Assembly: GCF_001194135.2 (NCBI RefSeq)
Contig: NC_068986.1
Location: 102,638,955 to 102,689,008 of the forward strand
Direction of reading: 5' to 3'
DNA from: Octopus bimaculoides
Lineage: Eukaryota
Length of the DNA stretch: 50,054 bases
Shown: positions 40,583 through 50,054 of the stretch, one piece after another
Position numbering within the stretch: position 1 is the first letter of the stretch
Layout of the letters: each line of letters opens with the position of its first letter
Position numbers and translations under genes: made by a program
The notes under the pieces: generated by a model
Told to the model about the DNA's origin: nothing
Databases searched by the model: none
The model's input: the letters and a program-made list of their open reading frames with translations, nothing else

Positions 40583-42368
40583 GTGTGTACGTGTGTATAT
40601 ATGTATGTATGTATGCATTATGTAGATATATAGGTAGGTGTGTATATATGTATGCATTATGTAGATAGGTAGGTAGGTAGGTAGGTAGGTATCAATTTAT
40701 GTGTCTAGAAATGAGTGCATATCTATATGTGCTGCTGCTAATAGAAAAAATGCAAAGGATATTGAAATATATAGTCACAGAGACAAGAGTATTTTGGAGG
40801 AGAAAGAGAGAGAGAGAGAGTGATAGACAGAGTGAGAGGGTGACGCTGATGGTGTATTTATGATCCTAAAGATAATATTGAATATTCTCCAAATGTCTTT
40901 TCTAATGCACCACATCAGATCAACTGATGAAATTCAGTTGAGAAAATGTGAAAACTTCAAAAGCTGCTGCTGTAGAGTTATCTAACTTGAATCATTAAAT
41001 ATCGTGAAAGCCCGGAAACAAATTCAATATTGTGAACGTAGTAAGGGTGGAATCTATTATGTGCCAGTTATATAAAACACTTCACAGATCCGATAAATGA
41101 AAATATTTCTTAGAATCGATCTACCTTGGGTGTTTGAAAAAGACCGGAACGCTTTCATTCAGTTAATGTTTTATTCAGTAAATGTTTCAGAGCTAATATT
41201 TAGAATTCGGAACAACAACATCATCACCAACGACACCTGAAACAACAACAGCAACATCTAGTAATACAATGAATATAATAATAACAATACGAAGAATAAT
41301 AATATGAATATATCTGCATATACATTTATATATATATAGATAGTCATTCGTATATATATATATGCGCACAATCACTCACACATGATGATGATTCAATCGT
41401 GTTATGGTTTATAGAACGGAATTCCTTAAGTGATCCTTAAGCGATAAGTTATCTCTATTTGTATGTCCTCTCCAATGTTTTATCAAATATATTGCTCACA
41501 TTGCTTTGAAAATAAATCGATGTGGCATATTATGTAATCAATAGGGAACTTCGAGTCAGTTTGGTATTTATTCATTTATCTATTTTATATTTCTATTCAG
41601 TCAGTTGTTCTATTCTTTAGTAACCCTATAATGTAGTTCTATACAAGTAAACACGCGATGTATGGAAGTACTTGTTACACGTAAGACACTAATGCTTTCG
41701 AATTCAACCATTGTTCAATATGGCTATCCATAATAATAAAAACAACATATGCTATTGTGAAATGATACGTTTTTATCGTTGATAATATGCCGATCGAACA
41801 TTTACCGTGGGAACTTACTATTTGTACAAAATATCGAATTGTGCTTCATTTATTACCGGTTATATTGTTATGGGAAGTTTGAAATGTAAAGTATATTTCA
41901 AAGGATTACAAATGGAGGGTTGTAATATACGGTCAATTTGCAGAAAGAAAAAAAAGAGAGAACGGCCATCTATTAACATTTTTGCAAGCATTAAAATAAA
42001 GTTCCAATTTCTGTGGTCAACGTGATCCGATATCCTCTGCCACTATATATTATGCAGAGTATATTTGTTAAGAAATCATGTTTACATGAAACTGGTTATT
42101 CAGATCCTGTTTGGCCTAAAGCAACAAATACATTTACCAAATTAAAGCTGGTCGCAGTTTTACATTTATCTCTATACGATAAGACTTCTCCTACCATGGA
42201 AATAGAAATAATTCTTATATACTTAGTATTTTTCTTTTGAAGAAGCGTTAAATACATATTTAAAGCTTGACATATGCTCATCTGTATTATTATTCATATA
42301 TCCCTCCCTATTTAACATGGTGAAATCTTAGCTGAAAAGTTGAGACAGAAAAAAGAAAACGCAGAGAA

Positions 42369-42417
<49 letters not shown>

Positions 42418-42423
42418 AAGAGA

Positions 42424-42455
<32 letters not shown>

Positions 42456-42456
42456 G

Positions 42457-42507
42457 AAGAAACAGTGGGGAAAGAAACAGTGGGGAAAGAAACAGTGGGG
42501 AAAGAAA
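42457..42507. repeat. 15-bp minisatellite (aagaaacagtgggga)x3
   Basis: Direct read. Confidence 0.9.
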
Positions 42508-42649
42508 GAGAGGGAGTGAGAAGGAAAGAGAGAGTGAGAAGGAGATAGAGAGAGTTACCTATATGCTTACTTATTGGGTTTATTTACCGATACTTTTTTT
42601 GTACATAGGGTAAATGTGTTTCTTTGTTGTAGTCTAATTAATAATGCTA

Positions 42650-42742
42650 GAGAAGAAGAAGAAGAAGAAGAAGAAGAAGAAGAAGAAGAAGAAGAAGAAG
42701 AAGAAGAAGAAGAAGAAGAAGAAGAAGAAGAAGAAGAAGAAA
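42650..42742. repeat. (GAA)n microsatellite
   Basis: Direct read; source of the poly-E/K/S ORFs. Confidence 0.95.
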
Positions 42743-43089
42743 GGAAGGGCTGCTGGTGTGGCAGTGAGAGGAAGGAAGAAAAGAAAGGCTGTCGGGGAAG
42801 CCGTGAGAGGTAGGAAAACATGGACGCTATGGTGATATATCTATACACATGCGATAATTATCGTGACATATGCTGATTGTATCTGTATGTATGAATAGTT
42901 TGCCTTAAAATTCGAGTTTCATTTCAAAGGTATGAAGAACCTTACAACGTTCGTTAAGTTGCTGGAAATCTCATTGTTTAACTGGTTATGTGATCTCATA
43001 CATTGTGAATCCTATAAGTGTACCACGACAGAATTCACATTATATTGTATATATCAGTATATTTTACAGTTTAATAATTTCACATATAA

Positions 43090-43580
43090 TGGCGGCAAGC
43101 TCGCAAAATCTTTAGCGCGCCGGACCAAATATTACGTGGCATTTCGTCCGCCTTTAAGTTCTGAGTTCAAATTCCACCTTGAGTGACTTTGTCTTTTATC
43201 CATTTAAAGTAGGAAAACAGGAGCGTGGTGCTCGATGTAATCGACTTACGTCACTCCCTGTGCAATTTGAACTAGTGTTTTATAGTATATACTCCGGCCG
43301 ACCAATGCTTTGTGCGTGGATTTGGGAAACGAAAACTGAAAAGATCCCGTCGTATACATTTATATATACAACATGCCTGTGCTTGTCCACCATCAACGCT
43401 TGACAACCGTTGTTGGTGTGTCTTCGTCCCCGTAACTTAACAATTCGGCGATATTGAACCATCGAATAAGTAAGTACCAGGGATTAAAAATACATGCTGG
43501 TGTTGATTTATTCGGCGAAATAATCTCCATGGCGGTGCGGGATCGTGATTGCAGTGTTATGCATGAAATAAGTAAAAGAA
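43090..43580 (+). mobile_element. Degenerate SINE B (43090-43275) followed by degenerate SINE A (43290-43580)
   Basis: ggcggcaagctcgcaaaatc..gagttcaaattcc, then ggccgaccaatgctttg..aataagtaagtaccag. Confidence 0.7.
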
Positions 43581-44331
43581 AAAAATGATATAACAGCGTG
43601 GTAAGCTATATATTCCGTGATAACGGAACACTAGCCCATTTCCGTATTTCTACATGCGGTAGGATTATATTTCTGGTTTTGGTAAATGTCTCCTTTGAAG
43701 TCCATGGAGTGTTACCCTGATTCGAATATTATCCATTCACATATTAGTTTAATGCTCCATTCGCTTTTGTTTCATTGAATACTAATCGCGCTTACCCTAA
43801 CTCTTTCCGAACCATATATCTTCAGGTCAGGTTGTATACACGTACTCACGGACACGCACAAACACACACACACATATATGTGTATATATATATATATATA
43901 TATAATGTACGCGTGTGTGTATGCGGGTATGTATATATTTTTTGGCGAATGTGTGGTAAGCATGATGCACTGTGAACCGGACTGAGGTACCGTTCAGGGT
44001 TATCTTATACCTCCAATCTCTTATGCCATGGGGAACTCGAGTATACGTACCTGAGTGGTTTCGGACAGGAAGCTAATCATATTTGTATCGGTGGCACCCG
44101 TTGACAACTATCGAAAACGTTAAGTCGAAGAGATACACACGTCCTCACACATAAATACGCATAGAAGCGCATACTTACTTAAACATACTAATATATAAAT
44201 GTATGCATGTACACATGCATACAAAATTATATACATAAACACACGCTTCTATATTTAAGAGATGAGGAATTATGTACATTATTTATTTTATTTATATTTG
44301 ACGGATATGTGTCCTCATCTTGTTTGTTGTT

Positions 44332-44377
44332 AACACAACGTTTCGGCTGATATACCCTTCAGCTTTCATCATGTGTC
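44332..44377 (-). ncRNA. Minimal type I hammerhead motif (inverted copy; C3->A)
   Basis: GACAC-AUGAUGA-A-AGCUG(10 nt)CAGCC-GAA-ACGU-U/GUGUU. Confidence 0.55.
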
Positions 44378-44382
44378 TTGCC

Positions 44383-44458
44383 CACGGGTATATGACGTAG
44401 TGGTTAAGAGCGCGGGCTACTAACCCAACGATTCCGAGTTCGATTCCTGGAAGGGTCC
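44383..44458 (+). promoter_or_regulatory. tRNA-derived Pol III internal promoter head (possibly tRNA-Ser-like)
   Basis: A box tgacgtagtgg at 44393-44403, B box gagttcgattcc at 44436-44447, anticodon-like ggg-ctactaa-ccc. No intact acceptor stem, so not a tRNA gene. Confidence 0.7.
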
Positions 44459-44550
44459 ATAATAATAATAATAATGATAATAATAATAATAATAATAATA
44501 ACATCTAAAAATACCTTGGGTATGAGCTCCCAGGTTCGAAATTTTCCCAA

Positions 44551-44596
44551 GACACCTGATGAAGTCTGGAGGGTGTATCAGCCGAAACTTTGAGTT
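44551..44596 (+). ncRNA. Minimal type I hammerhead motif (sense copy; intact CUGAUGA, point mutations in helices)
   Basis: GACAC-CUGAUGA-A-GUCUG(10 nt)CAGCC-GAA-ACUU-U/GAGUU. Confidence 0.55.
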
Positions 44597-44683
44597 AACA
44601 ACAAAGAAGATGAGGACAAATATCCGTCAAATGTAAATAATATAAATAATGTACAAACACATGCATGCGCATACATACGTACA

Positions 44684-44714
<31 letters not shown>

Positions 44715-45390
44715 TCGAATTTTTGAGTTTCTGCAGTTTTACACAAAAGTGGAAACAAAAATAATTCCAGACGGAGGAAAAAGGAGATAAGGCCAGGCCT
44801 TCAAATCGAATATACGAGACAGACGAAAAATGGAAGGGATACTGGGAGCTGGCCGTTGGTTTGGAAAGATTGTTAATATTTCCACTCATAAAAACAACAA
44901 AAAGACCGGACTTAATCAGTGCCATGCCAACAGAACATCGTTAATGCAGTGCAACAAAAGCCGAAGAGGTATGAGAAATTAATGTAAGAGTGTGGAGAAC
45001 AGGGATGGACTGTCAACTATTACCACCTGGCAGTGGGGTCTAGATGCTTCATTGAAAGGAAAATGACGATGTTATTTAAAAGACGGTTTGCATTTTCGAG
45101 CTCAAAGCTGAGAAAATAATAGGGAGGATAGAGGATGCAGTCGTAAAAGCCAGCTTCTATACATGGCTGAAGCGAGAAGACCCAAAATAGCTTGAAAAGC
45201 ATAACATACCAACTGGGAAATAGCATCGCTAGGAGAGGTTGGCTGACAGTTAAGCAGCATCACTAATTGACAGGTGGGCCAAGGTAGCGGTCACGTTCAT
45301 AGTGCTCCCTCCTCCTGGTTCAAAGGCTTGTACCACCAAACCGCTGGTCGGCTCTGCCTGCTGGAACTGAAACTAACATGATACTGTTGG
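44715..45390 (+). mobile_element. HERO-like RLE non-LTR retrotransposon 3' fragment with 3' UTR, decayed
   Basis: DEKWKGYWELAVGLERLLIFPLIKTTKRPDLI / VPCQQNIVNAVQQKPKRYEKLM*ECGEQGWTVNYYHLAVGSR / ASFYTWLKRED. Confidence 0.7.
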
Positions 45391-45394
45391 AAGT

Positions 45395-45880
45395 CAGGTT
45401 TAAAGACTAAAACTACGCACCCTCCCCGCCATTGGTCAGTTGATGTTTAGACAGAGTCACGTGCTGGCTGCTGGAGCCTACGGGGGTGTATTTAAAGGGA
45501 AATTTGGCTGGATGTTCAGTCACCTGCTGACATTCGTTGAAGCTGCATCGAAGGAAACAAAGAACAGAAGAGAAAAGGAGGAAGAAGAAACGCACTCAAC
45601 ACCAGAGCTCAAGAAACCTCCGAAAGGAGGGGGGTGCCACGTTGAAAACGGTAGAGGAGTAGGGGCCGAAACCGGACGTAGTTCCTCCTGATGATGACTT
45701 TAGCCACTGCATCCTATAAAGGAGCGCTTGTGGTAACGAACCACAAAACGTGGTTGGAATTCCCCACCTCCCATAACTGACGCTGCGGAGTTCTTGAAAT
45801 AGATCCAACGGAAGTATAGCACGACTGCGGATGCCAACAGCAGGTAGCCTAAACTGTGCTGGTACTGTACTCAATATCTA
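45395..45880 (+). mobile_element. GC-richer block, possible PLE terminal repeat with a degenerate hammerhead-like motif (45636-45682)
   Basis: gccac-g-ttgaaaa-c-gg..cc-gaa-accgga-c-gtagt resembles gccac-ctgaaga-cgg..cc-gaa-accggt-c-gtgg, with several core mismatches. Confidence 0.3.
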
Positions 45881-47334
45881 AACACACTAATCGGTTTATA
45901 CCCATTAGTCCAATGTGATAAGAGCAGCTGCATCACACTCTCTCATGCACCAAATGTCAATTCCTGAAGTAAAATTCGTGAAGCAAAAATTGTGTAGCAA
46001 CACCGAATGGCGGTGCCCTAGCATGGCCACAGCTCATGAGCTGAAACTAGATTTTTGAAAAATGAAAATGAAATGATAATACATATATACACACATACAT
46101 ATGTATATGAACGTGTATTTGGTAGTTTGTACCTATACACAATTCTTTGATTTCTCATTTACCTAATCAATAAGTTTGCAAATGACGGAGATAATGAAGT
46201 GTAGAACAAGCATAATTATGGGGAGAAAAAAGCTGTAATAATGATCACAAATAGTATCCTGAAAATATTGTTGCATGATTTGTGAAACCAAGGTTAAACA
46301 GAGGGATATTCTATACCGTTATATATACCGATTACTATATAAAATATAAGAGCTATAACTACACTGAGAGCACAATAAACATAACTTATTTAAACATAAT
46401 ACGCCATTTGTTGCAAATAAAACTTTACGTTAACGATGCAGACTTCAGAATTCGCAAATATTTCTAGTAAAAGCCTTGTAAACTAAATTATATAAAGCAT
46501 CACACACCAGGTCGAACATAAGAGCAGTTATTTATTGTTTTTCTTCGTTCATTTATTTTTGCTTTTTTTATTTGTTGCTTTCTCTTTATAGGTTGAAATT
46601 GGGTTTCTCCAATGACATAATCCAGCCATCAGCAAATTGTTCCGATACATTCCAGTGAAAGAGTAATTCAGATCTAAGTAAGTTTTGTACCATTTTCTGT
46701 TTCGCAATATCGTAATTGGCCATTCTAAAAGGGTAGAAATAAAAAATAAAAAAATAGATAAATAAAAAAATATAAACCGAAATAGAAATAAAATATCCTT
46801 GTGCACTGACGTTTCTAATTTTCAAACCACCGACAAATAAATTTTCCCGAGGGCATATGTTTGCATGAACTGGTAAAATGCATTAGAATAATGGATTCCT
46901 AAAACATGAAAGTAGATGCCAAAGAAAAATACAAAAATCTGCCAATTTACAAATGCACGTCCACGCAAACACGATTATGCGGAAAGCAGCAATTTTGTAG
47001 TAATACATGCAACACCAACATACACACACAACACATACATTGACAAGCATATATGAGAGTGTGTGTGTGTGTGTACGTATGTATATACATATATATATAC
47101 ACACATATATAGTTACATATAGGATGTCAGTTCCTGATTTAATTCATTGTTAATGAGTTTCACACACGTTGTACATGCACGAACAACCAGGGAATATTTC
47201 GCGCGCGTGTGTGCATGAATATAAATACGCCACAAACAAGTACACAGATTCACACGCGCACATACACATGAGTATATATATATATATATACTCTGTTATT
47301 CTCTTATTGGTTTAAGTCATTTGACTGAGGCCAG

Positions 47335-47365
<31 letters not shown>

Positions 47366-49699
47366 TCTGATGTTCGTGCATCTATTTATATATATAAGTA
47401 CTCATTTTCATGTGTGGGTCTGTATATTTACAATGTAATTGTTTTTATAATTCCGTGTATGTATTCAATGTTACACGATACTAAATAACACTTTATGTGG
47501 ATGCCGTATAGTTTAACTCACTCATCTCTAGCAAAATTAATTTATAATCAACTCAAAATGAGCTGAACGTATAAGCTATGTATTTTCAAAGTTTTTTCTA
47601 TTATCGCTAATTCGAAGACTTGTATTTAAACCATATATAATTTCATTATACGTTGCATTGAATTGAAGAAAACTTAGCAATTATATTTCTCTTTTGAAGT
47701 ATTCTTCCTGAAAAGAAATTTAGTTCATATTCTTCCTAATGTATTCTGATTTCAGTGAATTGATTATTAAATACAACTTCATTTAATCTGCCGTGAAGAA
47801 TATTGAGAATCACTCTAAGTTTACTTGAATTTATTTTCATTTTATGGAATTGCATATAGAAGTATATCACAATTCTAGTCGTTTTTAACGCCATCTATCG
47901 TGTATCATTTAACACGTATTTTATCTGTCGCTGGAAATATGTGGATTCACTTAAAGTTCAATTGAATTTATTGTCCTTTTACGGAGTAGATGAATGAAAG
48001 ACGTATCAGCTATTGAATCGAAAGGAGTGTATGTGTATGTGTGTGTGCGTGTGTGTGTGAGTGTGTTTGTGTGTGTGTACTTGTACAACAGATTTTACTT
48101 TCCTACCATGTTCGAGGGAGATGCTGTTTAGAAAGTATGTACATTATTCAAACTAGTTGTTTATCGCTCGCTGATATATCACTTGTTAAGCGCATACATT
48201 TTCCAATGATATAAATGTTCCTCTCAACAGTATATTCATATTTGCAGATACGGAAGAAGATATCTGAGACGTCTCGTAATTTAGACTCAATTTCTGTGGC
48301 TATTTTCTTTACTTGCTGATAGGGTCTTGCAAATCGGGCTATTTATTATCAGACCCATTCCAATATTTAAAATTTTCCTCCAACAATGTCTCGATTTACA
48401 TCCCAATTAGAAGAGGTGACTTATCAGGATATTATGTATTTATTTTGAAGTGGGTAGGAGTCCGAGTACCTTTATCCAACCCCACTACATTCCTTCTTCT
48501 ATAGCACGTAACAGCTCCGAGAACCTCAACGGAATGATGTGCATGGTGGCGGTGTATGTACTAGGGAGAGTCAAGCTTACGAATTGGCAGAATAAGATAT
48601 CGTAATTTAATTTGTCTGGAAACCAAAGAGCATTATGGGAAAGAGGTACATGCATGCACAGTGCAATGCAAATCAACAGTGGGAGAAGTTTCATATTACA
48701 AAATCATATGCGCTCTACATTTTTGCTTGAGTTGCTTCGAAGACAAGTCTAATTATCCTCAAATCACACCATGCAGACAGAAAGAATGGGACATGTGAGA
48801 ATATTTAGGCTTCGATATAACAAGAAAAGATTGCTTGTTCTCAGTCTGGGTATGTTCAGTCATACACTTGAATTTGTTCAATTGCTGGGTTATGTACAAA
48901 CTACAGCAACACTGAATACTCGTTAGAAACATCATAATCTTTTTTTTTTCTTTTTTTAAATTATTCTATAGATTTTAGTGAGTGTCTTGTTACGTGTTAC
49001 TGAAAGGGTTTTGATTTCATAAGCGTAAGGTTTTGATTTCATTATATTTAATTTACGATATTTAAATTTTATACCCACCAAAAATGTTTATCTAGAATCG
49101 AAAGACTATTTCAAATTAAACCGATGCACAAACCACTCTTTACATCTTTCTTAGCTTTATTCTTTTCTTGATTGATGATTCTCCGTCTTCTTTTTAACGA
49201 ATACATTTTTATGATAATGTTACCTATGTACATCAAGGAGAAATTTACGCAGTTCCTTCCATCTCTCCGTTAAGAAGATTACTGTATTCATTTAGATTTA
49301 TAAGCTAACATTGTCAAGACAAATTCAGAACAACGATTGTTAGGAAATATCATGTAGCTGCATTTCACACATATGTGTAGGTCTCTAAATTTGCACACGA
49401 GACACACACATACAAAAATATATATGTATGTATATATATATATATATATATATGTTATTACCCCATTGGTGTCCGACGATGACAAAGTCTGTGTTCTCAG
49501 CGACGATGAAAGCACATGTGACTCCAAAGCTGGAAGCACACAGACACCCGCAGATGTCACAACGCTGCCCTGTGACGTCATTCTTCTGCAACGACGAGAT
49601 ATTGTCGCCTGCACACTTCAAAGTTAACTGCTGCTCGTGGGATGAGAATCACTCACACCGATCTGTCTGCGGCAGAGACTTCAAATTCGCGTGGAATAA

Positions 49700-49920
49700 T
49701 GTGTGTATGTGTGCCTGTGTTTGTCCCCTCACCCACATCGCTTAACGACCGCTGTTTATGTCTTTCGTTCCCGTAACATTAGTCGTTCAGGAAAAGAGAC
49801 CGATAAAATAAGTACTAGTTTTGCAAAGTATAAGTTCTGTGAATCAATTTCTTCAACTAAATACCCTGTAAGGTAGTGCTCCAGCATGGCCACAGTTAAA
49901 CAATGACTGAAACATAATTA
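49700..49920 (+). mobile_element. SINE family A 3' half
   Basis: tttgtcccc..gaaaagagaccgataaaataagtactag..gtgctccagcatggccacag. Confidence 0.75.
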
Positions 49921-50054
49921 AGGGATCACCAAATATTTGCTTCACCACATACCGAAGTTTTACCTTGGTAAAAATTATTAATTGTTGATTTACTAATAAA
50001 TTAATAAATTGATAAACCTTTACTCTTTTAATTTGTATATATATATATATATAT

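Larger units (their letters stand above)
44248..44655 (+). mobile_element. tRNA-headed, hammerhead-bearing element preceded by an inverted partial copy
   Basis: 44272-44380 is the reverse complement of 44548-44655. Between them lie a tRNA-like head and (AAT)n. Confidence 0.75.

Noticed and set aside
44383-44458. tRNA gene
   Set aside because: Acceptor and anticodon stems are broken; it is a repeat head.
48322-48800. Several AG..GT-bounded open segments on the plus strand
   Set aside because: Unrecognisable peptides and no consistent phase; expected by chance.

Overview
AT-rich, repeat-dominated eukaryotic non-coding DNA from a gapped short-read assembly (nine N-gaps, most flanked by microsatellites). 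The SINE families look like octopus (coleoid cephalopod) repeats to me; this is recognition from memory, not a database result. I found no host protein-coding gene. Nearly all ORFs in the track are microsatellite, gap or transposon artefacts. The window holds three tRNA-derived SINE families and decayed fragments of several retrotransposon clades (RTE x2, CR1, R4/Dong-like, HERO-like, Penelope-like x2). The main signal is a set of unrelated non-coding elements carrying minimal type I hammerhead ribozyme (HHR) motifs with a palindromic helix III, the form known from Penelope-like elements (PLEs). (1) At 33125-33568, a ~97% identical 213-bp inverted repeat carries a well-formed HHR in each arm. 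(2) At 44248-44655, a tRNA-like Pol III head is followed by an HHR and preceded by an inverted HHR copy. (3) At 2149-2675, a tandem pair has a variant core. Two more degenerate candidates lie at ~18.98 and ~45.64 kb. Together these suggest a population of PLE-mobilised, retrozyme-like non-autonomous elements, one with a SINE-like head. Also notable are a spacerless 324-bp palindrome abutting the R4-like fragment and a 177-bp flank duplication around a rearranged PLE. All ribozyme calls are folded by eye and untested.
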